64,000 nucleotides of DNA from an uncultured cyanobacterium (GTDB lineage: Bacteria > Cyanobacteriota > Cyanobacteriia > Pseudanabaenales > Pseudanabaenaceae): contig OY969811.1 in NCBI GenBank assembly GCA_963703315.1, positions 3,552,001-3,616,000 on the forward strand. Reading direction: 5' to 3'. Each line of letters starts with the position of its first letter. Within the stretch, counting starts at the first letter, position 1. The position numbers and the translations under genes were made by a program. Below are positions 49,929 through 60,380 of the stretch, one piece after another. The notes under the pieces are model-generated. The model searched no databases and was not told the DNA's origin. It saw only the letters and a program-made list of their open reading frames with translations.

Positions 49929-52154
49929 CTAGCCAAGTAACTGCTTAGCGCGATCGCTAATTGCCTCAGCATTCATGCCATTAAACTCAAACAACTGACC
50001 CGCCGAAGCCGTAGTTTCGCCACGTTTCCACGAGAAGACATCACGCTTGCTGTTGCTACGGAGCATCACAGGCTCAAGCATTGCCGAAGCACCACCGACA
50101 ACACCGATCAAGGCATCACCACCAAACATTGCCTCAAAATCAGCATCACTGAGGAACTTGCCATCTGGCTCAGAGCAAGTTTCCCATGCCACATCAGTTG
50201 CCCGATAGAGACGGCGAGGGCTGACAATCGAGACAATCTTAGAACCGATGCCTTGGTCTGCAAGCTTTTGTGCTGCTTCATATACAGGTTGCAACATCAT
50301 GTCACCGATGACCGCGAAGACCACCTTCTTACTACCTGCGATTTCTTGCAAAGCGATCGCGCCTGTTTCCAGAGCTTGACGATTCTGCTCAAAAGTTGTG
50401 CGGATAGGCAGAGGTGATTTGCTGGCGGTAATGACCACACCCTTATTGACTGCCTTCAACGCCCAGTCATAACAAACTTGAATGCTATTGGCATCCAGAG
50501 GGAAGAGAGGGAAGATATTGCCGTTACGCATCATCGAGGCAAAGTAGCCTTCGATTTCAGGACGTTGGTGTGTCCAGCCGTTACGACCTTGCTCCAAAGC
50601 CCCTGCGGTGAATAAACACACAGTCGCAGGAGTAGGACGGCGCAACTCTGCCATTGCCTGAGTCACAGTCTGCCAAATGGGAAGTCCATTAATCGCGAAG
50701 GATTCATAGGAACACCAGAGCGTGCGACTACCAAACAGTGCCAAACCAACGGCTAAACCAGCGCAAGCATCTTCGCTAAGAGGTTCATAAACCTGTCCAC
50801 CGGGGGCTTGGTTATACAAATCATCGGTGGTGGGGTGATTGATTTTCAGAGCTTGGTTGATATTGGCAATCCCTGAAGCCTCGTTACCATCAGCATTGGT
50901 GACGATGAAGCGCTTATCGGTTTGTCCAACATAGCCAACTAAACGACCCATTGAGGTTGTCGCAACCTTTGCTTCGCCGCCAACGGCATATTCTTCTAAG
51001 GGCAAAGTTCCCAAATCAGTTAGAGGTAGTACGGATTCCGTAACCGCAGTTTTAGAAGAAGAACCACCACCAGCCCATTGCAAATTGGTGCTGACGGTTT
51101 GCCATGCTTCAGGATTGAGGGCGCGAGATTTTAAACCAGCGATAACATCGGCATTGTCGAGGGTATGGTGGGCATAGAGGTTATGGGATTTTGCACCACG
51201 AGCATGAACACCAGCACCCTTAAGTTGTTTGATGATAAATACGGTCAGCTTTCCACCAAAGGCAAGTTTCGCCGCTTGATCTGCACCGACGAGAACGGCT
51301 TCGGTAAAGGCAAGACGTTGTTTAAAAGAGAACGCGGTACTATCGACATAAGCACCTGTTTGATTTTGATCGTCAAAATCCTTGGCATCAACGAGGATGA
51401 CTTCATCAAAGCCATTGCCTTTCCAGAATGCCAGCATCTCGGCATTAGTTTTGGTGGAAACCATGCTGTGATGCTCTTGGCTGTAACCGTTCCATACCAA
51501 AATTGGTACAAAATTGGTAACTTCAGGATAGGCGGTATGGAAATGGGCGATCGAGCTAATGGGATAGGGTTCGCCTAAACCACCATCCCCGATTGTCACA
51601 GGGAATAATTTATCGCGGTGTAACAAAGCCCCTGCCATCGCAAAATGTTGTCCCTGTCCCAAAGGTCCCGCAGGAGCAAGAATTCCGGGGATATAGCCCG
51701 ACAAGTGACCGAGTAAGCCATGCTTTTCGCGGTAGCGATCGCGCATTTGCGTAACAGTATTAATTCCCATATCTTCGAGGGAGCGATCTAAAAACATCGC
51801 GCTGTAATAACCGGGAGCATGGTGTCCCACTTCCGTCGGCATATTCTTATGACCGAGCATATAGAATGCGGCTACGGCTTCAGCACTGCTGGCAAATCCT
51901 CCAGGGTGTCCTGATGCTTTGCTACCTGTAACTTGTAAGGTGAGATAGCGTAAAGCATCGGCAGCTAGTAACGTTTGGAATACGGCAGCGCGATCGCGAG
52001 GATCGGTAACACCAGATTTATCAGGACTGAGGACAGGAATCCGTCCGAGTTCGTCGAACCCCTCCAACGGTTCGCCAAAGTACTGAATGCCTTCGCGAAA
52101 GTCATCTTTGAAGGCGGGGGTGGCTGCGTTTGTGGTGTTAGGGGTTGCGACCAT
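49929..52154 (-). CDS. Phosphoketolase / transketolase-like TPP enzyme
   Basis: SGHPGG, GHHAPG, TIGDGG..NG TPP motif, GRNGWTHQ. Confidence 0.8.
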   Translation of the reverse strand: MVATPNTTNAATPAFKDDFREGIQYFGEPLEGFDELGRIPVLSPDKSGVTDPRDRAAVFQTLLAADALRYLTLQVTGSKASGHPGGFASSAEAVAAFYMLGHKNMPTEVGHHAPGYYSAMFLDRSLEDMGINTVTQMRDRYREKHGLLGHLSGYIPGILAPAGPLGQGQHFAMAGALLHRDKLFPVTIGDGGLGEPYPISSIAHFHTAYPEVTNFVPILVWNGYSQEHHSMVSTKTNAEMLAFWKGNGFDEVILVDAKDFDDQNQTGAYVDSTAFSFKQRLAFTEAVLVGADQAAKLAFGGKLTVFIIKQLKGAGVHARGAKSHNLYAHHTLDNADVIAGLKSRALNPEAWQTVSTNLQWAGGGSSSKTAVTESVLPLTDLGTLPLEEYAVGGEAKVATTSMGRLVGYVGQTDKRFIVTNADGNEASGIANINQALKINHPTTDDLYNQAPGGQVYEPLSEDACAGLAVGLALFGSRTLWCSYESFAINGLPIWQTVTQAMAELRRPTPATVCLFTAGALEQGRNGWTHQRPEIEGYFASMMRNGNIFPLFPLDANSIQVCYDWALKAVNKGVVITASKSPLPIRTTFEQNRQALETGAIALQEIAGSKKVVFAVIGDMMLQPVYEAAQKLADQGIGSKIVSIVSPRRLYRATDVAWETCSEPDGKFLSDADFEAMFGGDALIGVVGGASAMLEPVMLRSNSKRDVFSWKRGETTASAGQLFEFNGMNAEAISDRAKQLLG

Positions 52155-52443
52155 AGATTTTGTGACCTTTGATTTGTCCAGAATAGAGATTTGGTTATGC
52201 GATCAGTAGAGATTAAGAAATGTTGAAATTTCTTCTAAGGGTCATTTTAGTATGTACTGGTGACAGAGCATATAGTCGTAAATAATGGTTGATGGTTGGT
52301 GTGTGGAGTTTCATCACGAAGGGACTATGTGTTACGGCAAACCCTCCAAAAGATGAAATGCAGCGCGAAGCGCTGCATTTCATCTTTTGGGATTTTAATA
52401 TTGCAAAATATTTACATCAGTTATGTTATAGTAAGAAATGCAC

Positions 52444-52517
52444 GGCAGCTTGGCTCAGGTGGTTAGAGCGACGGTCTCATAATCCGTAGGTCCCGGGTTC
52501 AAGTCCCGGAGCTGCTA
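52444..52517 (+). tRNA. tRNA with CAT anticodon (elongator Met or Ile2; not initiator)
   Basis: GGCAGCT/AGCTGCT acceptor, ctCATaa loop, GGTTCAAGTCC; lacks the initiator C1 mismatch and GGG/CCC anticodon stem. Confidence 0.9.
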
Positions 52518-52654
52518 TAAAATGAAAAACAATGTCGAAAAACGGTGGTAATGCAAAGTGTTATCACCATTTTTTCTGTTTAACATAGGCGTATGACTGA
52601 AATTGTTCATGATAGTATGTAGACAATTTACCCCCTAAGGCAAAGGACAAGATT

Positions 52655-53422
52655 ATGGGATTACTCGATCGCATTGGTATGGTGGTCAAGTCCAATGTAA
52701 ATGCAATAGTTACGGCGGCTGAAGATCCAGAAAAAATTCTGGAGCAATCAATTATTGATATGCAGGAAGACTTGGTGCAATTGCGCCAAGCCGTTGCTCA
52801 GTCAATGGCTGCCCTCAAACGACAAGAGCAACAATATAATCAAAGTGCAACTCAAGCACAGGAATGGGAAAAACGCGCCTTGCTAGCTCTTCAGAAGGGA
52901 GATGAAAATCTAGCAAGAGAAGCTCTGAGCCGTAAGAAAACCCATGCTGATGCTTCTGCCACCTTGAAGGTTGGCTTAGATCAACAGTCTGGACAGGTAG
53001 AGCTGCTCAAGAAAAATTTAGTGGCGATCGAAGGGAAGATCTCTGAGGCAAAAACCAAGAAAGAGATGCTCAAGGCACGTTTGCAATCGGCAAAGGCTCA
53101 AGAGAATCTCAACAATATGTTGGGCAAGGTAAATACCAACTCCGCCGCCGCTACCTTTGAACGGATGGAAGAGCGTGTTCTCTTAGCAGAGGCAAAAGCT
53201 AGTGCTAGTGCCGAACTTGGTGCAGATAATCTAGAAGCGCAGTTTGCTCAACTAGAATCTGGTAGTGGCGTTGATGATGAACTCGCTGCTCTCAAAGCGA
53301 AGATGATTGCTGGTAGCCCTACTTCTCAAAGTGCTTTGCCTCCATCAGATGCATCGAGACCAAGTGTTGGCTCAGCGATCGATGCCGAACTAGAAGCCTT
53401 ACGTCGTCAAATTGGCAGTTAA
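52655..53422 (+). CDS. vipp1: PspA/Vipp1 (IM30) protein
   Basis: AEDPEKILEQ, FERMEERV, C-terminal extension ending DAELEALRRQ. Confidence 0.88.
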   Translation: MGLLDRIGMVVKSNVNAIVTAAEDPEKILEQSIIDMQEDLVQLRQAVAQSMAALKRQEQQYNQSATQAQEWEKRALLALQKGDENLAREALSRKKTHADASATLKVGLDQQSGQVELLKKNLVAIEGKISEAKTKKEMLKARLQSAKAQENLNNMLGKVNTNSAAATFERMEERVLLAEAKASASAELGADNLEAQFAQLESGSGVDDELAALKAKMIAGSPTSQSALPPSDASRPSVGSAIDAELEALRRQIGS

Positions 53423-53423
53423 T

Positions 53424-53490
53424 TAGGACTGATGCAAAACAGAGAAACGCAGGAGTAATTCATGAATTACTCCTGCGTTTCTCTGTTTTG
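53424..53490. mobile_element. MITE copy with perfect 28-bp-arm palindrome overlapping the GTPase 3' end
   Basis: taggactgatgca left end; caaaacagagaaacgcaggagtaattca|tgaattactcctgcgtttctctgttttg. Confidence 0.7.
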
Positions 53491-54693
53491 AAATCGACGT
53501 AATATTGATTGTTCATGTACAGATGCAACAATTTCCTTAATCAGTGTTTTTGCGCCCAATTTGCCAGAGGCTCGACTATGCTCGATGTCAGTGACAATAC
53601 CATTAAATAGAAGTGATAAGCCTAGCCCAGTACATAGAATTTGCCCATAGCGAGTGATTTCATTATTGATTCCTAATCCTCCAATCAAACTGGCGATCGC
53701 TACAATTAAAATCAGCCATAAATACTTTTTTTGAACTGGATATTTACCAATTATCCAAATTACAAATAGACTGCTACAACTGAGGCTAATCAAGCTGTCA
53801 AGCCATCGTAAAGGAGATAGCAAAACTCCGATCGCCTCTGCCATAAATACTAAAGAAGCGATCGCGGTTGATGCTTGTAATTTTTGGATATACCTCTGGG
53901 TAACTGCATTTTGAATTTCTAAAAGCGCTCGCAACACATTCACCGCTAATAGTTCTTTGCCTTCAAAATTTAGCAAATCTAGGATTCTCTTTTTTAAAGC
54001 TTGAACATCAGGCTGCGGTTGCTCCCAAACTTCTTGGCTGTCGCGTCCATCACTATATTGAAGACGTACCTTCACAGGCTTAGGCTCTGCTGAGGTTAGC
54101 ACAATCTCCTGTGGTGAAATGAGTTGACGCAGTTCCTCATTCTGTAATGCCCCATGAATTGCGAAGCGATCGCCTTCAGAATAAAGATCAATTTTATTGA
54201 AAACTAATAAAATTGGTTTATAAAAAGTCTGTAATTGGGCGATCGCCTCCTGTTCTAGTCTTGTCATATCACCCGCAATCACAAACAAAATCAACTCCGC
54301 TTGCTTAGCAGCTTCTAGAGCCATTTGTCCTCTGACTTCACCACCAACTTCATCAATGCCCTGAGTATCAATCAATCGTAGTTGAATTTTCTGTTTCTCA
54401 TTACCTTGCGTTAGAGCAGTTGCAGTTGAGGAGTTTCTCCATTCATAGATCGCAACATCCCTTGTTATGCCGTGAATGGCTCCTGTTTCGCCCAGCTTTT
54501 GTCCTAGCAAAGCATTCAGTAATGATGTTTTTCCCTTTGATACCATTCCAAAGACCGCGATCGCGATCGCACCTTTATCTAATTTCTCTTCGAGTGCTAA
54601 TATGTTCGCCAGTTCAGATTCAGTTAATTCTTTTTGAAACAAATTGCGGTAACTAGTTAGGCGATCGCGTACCTGCTGAGGATAATCTTGCAT
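53467..54693 (-). CDS. Era-like GTPase with C-terminal membrane region
   Basis: GMVSKGKT, DTQG, NKID; hydrophobic C-terminus. Confidence 0.8.
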   Translation of the reverse strand: MQDYPQQVRDRLTSYRNLFQKELTESELANILALEEKLDKGAIAIAVFGMVSKGKTSLLNALLGQKLGETGAIHGITRDVAIYEWRNSSTATALTQGNEKQKIQLRLIDTQGIDEVGGEVRGQMALEAAKQAELILFVIAGDMTRLEQEAIAQLQTFYKPILLVFNKIDLYSEGDRFAIHGALQNEELRQLISPQEIVLTSAEPKPVKVRLQYSDGRDSQEVWEQPQPDVQALKKRILDLLNFEGKELLAVNVLRALLEIQNAVTQRYIQKLQASTAIASLVFMAEAIGVLLSPLRWLDSLISLSCSSLFVIWIIGKYPVQKKYLWLILIVAIASLIGGLGINNEITRYGQILCTGLGLSLLFNGIVTDIEHSRASGKLGAKTLIKEIVASVHEQSILRRFQNRETQE

Positions 54694-54967
54694 GAAAAAT
54701 CTAACCTAGAATATCATTCAAACAAATTTGAACTTCTAGAACTACATTACTTTTAATCACAGCAAAGTTTACAACCAAAGAAGCAATATTTTGTGGCGCG
54801 GCGTAGCCGTGCCACAAAATATTGCTTCTTTAAAGTATTTGTGGAATTAGATGCGATCGCGAGACAATTTCTATTAAGATCAAAATTCCATAGTATTTAC
54901 ACAAGAATCACATCCTGCGAGTGTAATTCTTGCCAACTTATCAACCTTATACGTTCTCACAACACAA

Positions 54968-56149
54968 ATGAAGACTTGGCTCAAACCTGCTCAGCGACTA
55001 GGAAAACTCCCTCCATACGTTTTTGCGCGTCTAGATGAGTTGAAGTTACGAGCCAAAGAGCAAGGTCTAGATTTGATCGATCTCGGTATGGGTAATCCTG
55101 ATGGTCCCACACCTGACCCTGTAGTCGAAGCGGCGATTACTGCCTTAAGAAACCCCAAAAATCATGGCTATCCCCCTTTTGAAGGCACTGCAAGTTTTCG
55201 GCGGGCGATTACTGACTGGTACAAGCGCCGTTACAATGTGCAACTCGATCCTGAAGGTGAAGCTTTACCTCTAATTGGCTCAAAGGAAGGCTTAGGACAT
55301 TTAGCGATCGCCTATATTGATCCAGGAGATCTGGTGCTTGTGCCGAGTCCCGCCTATCCTGCTCACTTTCGGGGACCCTTACTCGCTGGTGGTGAAATCT
55401 ATGAAATGATCCTTAGCCCAGAAAAGGACTGGTTGATCGACCTATCGGCAATTCCTGAAGAGGTCGCTCAAAGAGCTAAGGTGATGTATTTCAACTATCC
55501 TGCCAATCCCACAGGGGCGATCGCTCCCCGTGAATTTTTTGAAGAGGTGGTTGCCTTTGCTAAGAAATACGAGATCTTATTAGTGCATGATCTCTGCTAT
55601 GCCGAACTTGCCTTTGATGGCTATACCCCCACTAGTTTGCTAGAAATCGAAGGTGGCAAAGATGTGGGTGTAGAGTTTCATACTCTTTCTAAAACCTACA
55701 ATATGGCGGGCTGGCGCGTTGGCTTTGTGGTTGGCAATCGTCACGTAATTCAAGGTTTACGCACCCTCAAAACTAATCTTGATTATGGGATCTTCTCTGC
55801 GATTCAAGTGGCGGCAGAGACAGCTTTACAACTGCCTGACCAATACCTCGAAGCGGTATGCGATCGCTACAAAGAGCGCCGTGACTTCTTGATTGCTGGT
55901 CTGGGTGAGCTAGGTTGGGAGATTCCCAAAACCTATGCCACTATGTATCTCTGGATTCCTGTGCCTGCGGGGATGACCTCGGCAGATTTTGCCCTGAAGG
56001 TATTAGAAAGTACAGGCGTTGTATTTACCCCAGGTAGTGCTTTCGGTCAAGGTGGTGAAGGCTATGTCAGAATTAGTTTGATCGCTGATTGCGATCGCCT
56101 AGGTGAAGCATTGAATCGGTTGAAACAAGCTGGAATTAGGTACAAGTAA
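54968..56149 (+). CDS. Class I/II PLP aminotransferase (LL-DAP/aspartate aminotransferase-like)
   Basis: LGMGNPD, NYPANPTG, HDLCY, LSKTYNMAGWRVG. Confidence 0.88.
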   Translation: MKTWLKPAQRLGKLPPYVFARLDELKLRAKEQGLDLIDLGMGNPDGPTPDPVVEAAITALRNPKNHGYPPFEGTASFRRAITDWYKRRYNVQLDPEGEALPLIGSKEGLGHLAIAYIDPGDLVLVPSPAYPAHFRGPLLAGGEIYEMILSPEKDWLIDLSAIPEEVAQRAKVMYFNYPANPTGAIAPREFFEEVVAFAKKYEILLVHDLCYAELAFDGYTPTSLLEIEGGKDVGVEFHTLSKTYNMAGWRVGFVVGNRHVIQGLRTLKTNLDYGIFSAIQVAAETALQLPDQYLEAVCDRYKERRDFLIAGLGELGWEIPKTYATMYLWIPVPAGMTSADFALKVLESTGVVFTPGSAFGQGGEGYVRISLIADCDRLGEALNRLKQAGIRYK

Positions 56150-56277
56150 TCCTAAATTTGAAAATAGCGTTGCTATTTTCAAATTTAACAACCCATACTG
56201 GGTTTGGTGTTCCATTACCGAAAGTATCGTCCCACTTTTGGTAATGGGTATAAAAGGTCAACAGGAAAAAGGAAAAA

Positions 56278-57129
56278 GTGATTAATTTGTTGCCGCTAGC
56301 TTTTGAATTTACTTCGCCAGGTCCGATCGCCTTTGAACTAGGTCCTCTGTCGATCCGTTGGTATGGCTTGCTGATCGCTTCGGCAATTATCTTGGGGACA
56401 GTACTAGCCCAAACCCTTGCTAAAAGGCGGAATGTTGATCCTGAACTGGTGGGTGATCTTGCCATTTGGCTAGTGGTAGGGGCAATTCCCTGTGCGCGTT
56501 TGTACTATGTCCTCTTTGAATGGCAACGCTTTCAGACTCAGCCTTGGTACAAAGTATTTGCAATCTGGGAAGGCGGTATTGCTATTCATGGTGCAATTAT
56601 TGGTGGGGCGATCGCCGCAACTATATTTTGTAAACGCCAACAGATTTCCACATGGATGATGTCAGATATCATTATGCCTGCGGTGATCTTAGGACAGGCG
56701 ATCGGGCGTTGGGGTAATTTCTTTAATTCCGAAGCTTTTGGCGCACCCACTGATTTACCTTGGAAATTATTTATTCCCATCAATCGTCGTCCCCCCGAAT
56801 TTGTCAACGAACCTTACTTTCACCCCACATTTCTCTATGAATCGGTTTGGAATGTTGGTGTATTTGCCATCCTCATCTTTACATTTCTAAGATTTCCGAA
56901 GCTGAAAACTGGCACAATTACGATGATCTACGCGATCGCCTATAGCCTCGGTAGATTTTGGATTGAAGGATTACGCACCGATAGTTTAATGGTGAGTGGA
57001 CTTCGCACCGCCCAGATTATTAGCCTTAGTGCGATCGCGGCGGGTATTTTTGGATTAATTTGGCTCTATGGATTGCGCCGCCGTTTTCCTGACACCGCAC
57101 CCAGAGAATTACCTACTGAAAATTCCTAA
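56278..57129 (+). CDS. lgt: Prolipoprotein diacylglyceryl transferase
   Basis: [34 protein letters not shown]. Confidence 0.95.
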   Translation: MINLLPLAFEFTSPGPIAFELGPLSIRWYGLLIASAIILGTVLAQTLAKRRNVDPELVGDLAIWLVVGAIPCARLYYVLFEWQRFQTQPWYKVFAIWEGGIAIHGAIIGGAIAATIFCKRQQISTWMMSDIIMPAVILGQAIGRWGNFFNSEAFGAPTDLPWKLFIPINRRPPEFVNEPYFHPTFLYESVWNVGVFAILIFTFLRFPKLKTGTITMIYAIAYSLGRFWIEGLRTDSLMVSGLRTAQIISLSAIAAGIFGLIWLYGLRRRFPDTAPRELPTENS

Positions 57130-57200
57130 AGATAGGCGACGCTTTGCACCGCCTATCTAGATTGCTCCAAATAATTAGAATTGCCGACTCAAAAGATTAA

Positions 57201-57827
57201 ATGTCCAAATCGCCGCATACCCATCCGCGTGAAATGGTGGAAACCGCTTTCTTAGCAAGCACTACCGCCATGTTGTTTTTAATCAACTATTACTTTCCCC
57301 TTGGACCTTTATTGCGAATGTTGTTTCCTTTGCCGACGGCTCTAGCTTATTTGCGCTGGAATGGACGAGCGGCATGGATGGCAATGGTTGTCACGGCATT
57401 ATTGCTAGCGATTTTGATGGGACCGACTCGGAGCATTCAATATATTGTTCCGCATGGGGTCGTTGGTATCACGCTTGGTTATTTATGGAAGCGAGATTTT
57501 CCTTGGTCTGGCTCATTGAGTATTGCCACTATGATTGGTGCATTGGGGACAGCGTTCCAATTTGCCTTTCTATCAGTTTTGTTAGGTGAAAATGTCTGGA
57601 ATTATTCCATTATCCAGATTACAAGTTTACTCAATTGGCTATTACAACTGTTTGGTTCCTTAGAACAACCAGATTTTGCGGCAATCCAAACTTTTGCGAT
57701 CGCTGCCATTATCTTTAGTAACTTCGCCTATCAGTTACTTGTGCATCTGGTTGCTTGGATTGTGCTAGATCGGCTTGGAAATCCTATCCCTAACCCGCCT
57801 AAGTGGATAGAATCTTTACTAGCATAA
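57201..57827 (+). CDS. DUF2232 family membrane protein
   Basis: MVETAFLAS, LMGPTRS, RLGNPIPNPPKW. Confidence 0.75.
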   Translation: MSKSPHTHPREMVETAFLASTTAMLFLINYYFPLGPLLRMLFPLPTALAYLRWNGRAAWMAMVVTALLLAILMGPTRSIQYIVPHGVVGITLGYLWKRDFPWSGSLSIATMIGALGTAFQFAFLSVLLGENVWNYSIIQITSLLNWLLQLFGSLEQPDFAAIQTFAIAAIIFSNFAYQLLVHLVAWIVLDRLGNPIPNPPKWIESLLA

Positions 57828-57917
57828 AAAAATGAGTTGCGGCGCAAAGCGCCGCAACTCATTTTTTATAATCGCCTTAAATCTTGCTTCTAGCCCAATT
57901 TGAATCAACTTAATTAA

Positions 57918-57947
57918 TTGACACAATCTCAACTAAGAAATTATACT
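57918..57947 (+). promoter_or_regulatory. Sigma70-like promoter upstream of pedR
   Basis: TTGACA-18 nt-TATACT. Confidence 0.5.
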
Positions 57948-58009
57948 CATTAGTTAACCGCCAGAATGAGTATAATTCTGAAATATTGGCGCAACTCACC
58001 TTCGTTACC

Positions 58010-58342
58010 ATGACCAACCCTGCTGAACTAAATCAACCTGCAATCACAAATTCATCAATTGCCCTGTCTGAGCGAGAGCTGCAAGTGATTGAACTAGTAG
58101 CTGCGGGTTTAACCAATCAAGATATCGCGCTTAAACTCGCGATTAGTAAGCGAACTGTCGATAACCACATCAGCAACATTTTAACCAAAACCAAGACTGA
58201 CAACCGCGTTTCGTTAGTGCGTTGGGCTTTGCAGTGGGGAAAAGTATGCATTGATGAGGTTAACTGTTGCATCATTGGGACTCAGCCAGTGACTAATGTT
58301 TTAGATGTCAAAGATTTAGGTCAGGAATTAGAAAGTGCCTAG
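58010..58342 (+). CDS. pedR: Small LuxR-type redox regulator
   Basis: LSERELQV..GLTNQ..SKRTVDNH; WGKVCIDEVNCC cysteine motif. Confidence 0.8.
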   Translation: MTNPAELNQPAITNSSIALSERELQVIELVAAGLTNQDIALKLAISKRTVDNHISNILTKTKTDNRVSLVRWALQWGKVCIDEVNCCIIGTQPVTNVLDVKDLGQELESA

Positions 58343-58622
58343 CGGGGAATTAGCGATTAATCGCTACAAAATTGTTTATAAACCTGATATAGCTCTAGCC
58401 ATGTATCGGGAATTAGCTTCCCACATTGAACAAATAGAAGATGTGAATACGGAATTATTGTGGCAAGAAAGTACTGAATTTAGCTATTTGGGTAGTCAGA
58501 TCGGTGGTATGTGGTTAATCTATCCCCAAAGTATATCTAGCCAATCGCAAGCTTTAATCCAAAATATCTTAAATCACTACGGATCTTGGATTTCTGAACC
58601 TGATATCGTTGCTAGTTTATAG
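58335..58622 (+). CDS. Conserved hypothetical protein, coupled to pedR
   Basis: LAMYRELASH..FSYLGSQIGG..ILNHY. Confidence 0.65.
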   Translation: MPSGELAINRYKIVYKPDIALAMYRELASHIEQIEDVNTELLWQESTEFSYLGSQIGGMWLIYPQSISSQSQALIQNILNHYGSWISEPDIVASL

Positions 58623-58723
58623 CCTAAAACCTGTAGCGCACGCTGAGCGTGCGCTACAGGTTTTAAATCTGGTTTTTAATTGTGCTGAAGTGATTAATAG
58701 TTTTTTAATTTGTCCTGCAACCG

Positions 58724-59410
58724 ATGAAAAAACGCATATTTACTGACTTTGATGGACCAATCATGGACGTATCAGAGCGATACTACCAAGTCTATTTATA
58801 TTGTCTAGAAAAAATCCGTCAGCCTAACCAAGAGGTAATTACCTTATCAAAATCTGAGTTTTGGGAATTAAAGCGATCGCAAGTATCCGAAAAAGAAATT
58901 GCCCATATTTCAGGCTTTACTGATGAAAAACAAGCCGTTGCCTTTGCTCACTTGCGCCGTGCCAATGTGCATACAGATCCATATTTTGAATACGATCGCC
59001 TGATTGAAAGTGCGATTCCTGCATTAGACAAAGCTCAGGAATCAGGGATCGATCTTGCCGTGATGACGATGCGCCGCCGCCGTGAATTGGAGCCTGTACT
59101 TGATAAATATAATTTGAGGCGTTTTTTTAAGAGCGATCGCATTTTTTGTCTGGATGATGATTATGTAAAGACTGTCGATACGCAAGATAAGCCTAAATTG
59201 ATGAAGCTTGCTCAAGCTAATTTACCAAGTGTCGATCAGCAATGGATGATTGGCGATACTGAAGCAGATATTTTTGCGGCTCAAAGTCATAATATTCCCG
59301 CGATCGCTGTACTTAGTGGTATCCGTAGCCAGACTCAACTCGAAAAATATCAGCCCAAACAAATTCTTCCAGATTTGATCACCTCAATAGCTACTATCTT
59401 AGAAAATTGA
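58724..59410 (+). CDS. HAD family hydrolase
   Basis: TDFDGPIMD, MIGDTEAD, LSGIR. Confidence 0.88.
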   Translation: MKKRIFTDFDGPIMDVSERYYQVYLYCLEKIRQPNQEVITLSKSEFWELKRSQVSEKEIAHISGFTDEKQAVAFAHLRRANVHTDPYFEYDRLIESAIPALDKAQESGIDLAVMTMRRRRELEPVLDKYNLRRFFKSDRIFCLDDDYVKTVDTQDKPKLMKLAQANLPSVDQQWMIGDTEADIFAAQSHNIPAIAVLSGIRSQTQLEKYQPKQILPDLITSIATILEN

Positions 59411-59463
59411 TTTCAATAAAAAAGAGCGCTATGCGCCCTTTTTGTTTAGATATGGGTTTCAGA

Positions 59464-59637
59464 TTACATTCCCCCTAAAAATTCTTGTTTAGCAATTTTC
59501 ACCATCACAGCTTGCTGCCCTAAATAGAGCATATGTAACTCAGTGAGGAGTTGCTTAGCCGCATCTAGATCGATGTTTTGAATCTGTTGGCAAAACATCA
59601 TGTGGGTAAATTGCTTTTCAATAGGTAAGTCACTCAT
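59464..59637 (-). CDS. nblA: NblA-like phycobilisome degradation protein (absent from ORF track)
   Basis: Manual translation MSDLPIEKQFTHMMFCQQIQNIDLDAAKQLLTELHMLYLGQQAVMVKIAKQEFLGGM; AGAGG RBS. Confidence 0.7.
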   Translation of the reverse strand: MSDLPIEKQFTHMMFCQQIQNIDLDAAKQLLTELHMLYLGQQAVMVKIAKQEFLGGM

Positions 59638-59741
59638 AAGTACCTCTTTAACGGATCAAACAATTACAATAGACAATGACACCGATTGACGTATTGAAGT
59701 TTCCTGACAGTAGATATTAGTCACTGTGTCAACATAACGTA

Positions 59742-59783
59742 ACAATACTTTAAATATATCACAAAAACTGTATCACTACAAAC
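59742..59783 (-). promoter_or_regulatory. NtcA-activated promoter candidate
   Basis: Minus strand GTT-TGTAGTGA-TAC, 22 nt, then TATTGT (TAN3T), upstream of the nblA-like gene. Confidence 0.6.
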
Positions 59784-59881
59784 ATTTTTGGCGAGATATA
59801 TCTAAAGAAATATCTTACCCAGAACTTATAAATATATTTCTTATGATTGCTATAAGTTTATCCATAGCGATCGCTTGTATT

Positions 59882-60080
59882 AAAACCTAGAAGACGAGTG
59901 GCGGTGCTTTGCACCACCACTCGTCTTCTAGGTTTTTAAAAAGATTATGTGAGCCTTACGCTGCAATCTTTTGAGACTTTATAAAATATAGCAAAGCAAT
60001 AGTTGGTTAGTACAAACAAAAACCCAAGAAGAGAGTGGCGGCGCGGAGCGCCGCCACTCTCTTCTTGGGTTTTTGCTATA
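59882..60080. repeat. Two GAGTGGCGG-core palindromes
   Basis: aaaacctagaagacgagtggcggtgc...actcgtcttctaggtttt; aaaacccaagaagagagtggcggcgc-gga-gcgccgccactctcttcttgggtttt. Confidence 0.75.
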
Positions 60081-60176
60081 CAAAAAACAGGAAGAGTAAA
60101 AATAACTCTTCCTGTTTTTGCAAATTTTGCATAAAACTTTGCTAGACAAAGATTATGTGTATTGATCAGCAAAAAA

Positions 60177-60380
60177 TTAAAGCAAGCCAGTGTTTGTGTT
60201 TGGCTTACCTGTAGCTAATTCAACTTTAAGAATCTTGCCACCCATCTTCATAATGCGTTGCTGTTCAGCGAACCAGTTGTCATAGGACACTAGTTTCGTG
60301 AAATAAGTATTTTGCAACTCTCGTTGTGTACGTATGCGGGTTTGGCTAGGTACACAAGCAGTGATTTTAAAACTCCGCAT
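60177..60380 (-). CDS. apcC: Allophycocyanin core linker
   Basis: MRSFKITACVPSQTRIRTQRELQNTYFTKLV. Confidence 0.95.
   Translation of the reverse strand: MRSFKITACVPSQTRIRTQRELQNTYFTKLVSYDNWFAEQQRIMKMGGKILKVELATGKPNTNTGLL

Noticed and set aside
30063..52517. tRNA genes as prophage or island integration sites
   Set aside because: No integrase, no duplicated tRNA 3' end and no phage genes recognised near any of the three tRNAs.
53435..53490. Inverted duplication of the GTPase 3' end creating a mirror mini-ORF (MQNRETQE)
   Set aside because: Better explained as a MITE copy: it has the taggactgatgca end and the catgaatt core shared with the elements at 23655 and 49860.
59945..60172. 75-aa ORF, and similar ORFs at 42555-42797, 54793-55038, 40897-41208 and 52289-52489
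   Set aside because: They run through palindromic repeats or a tRNA, or overlap real genes, and show no protein-like motifs.
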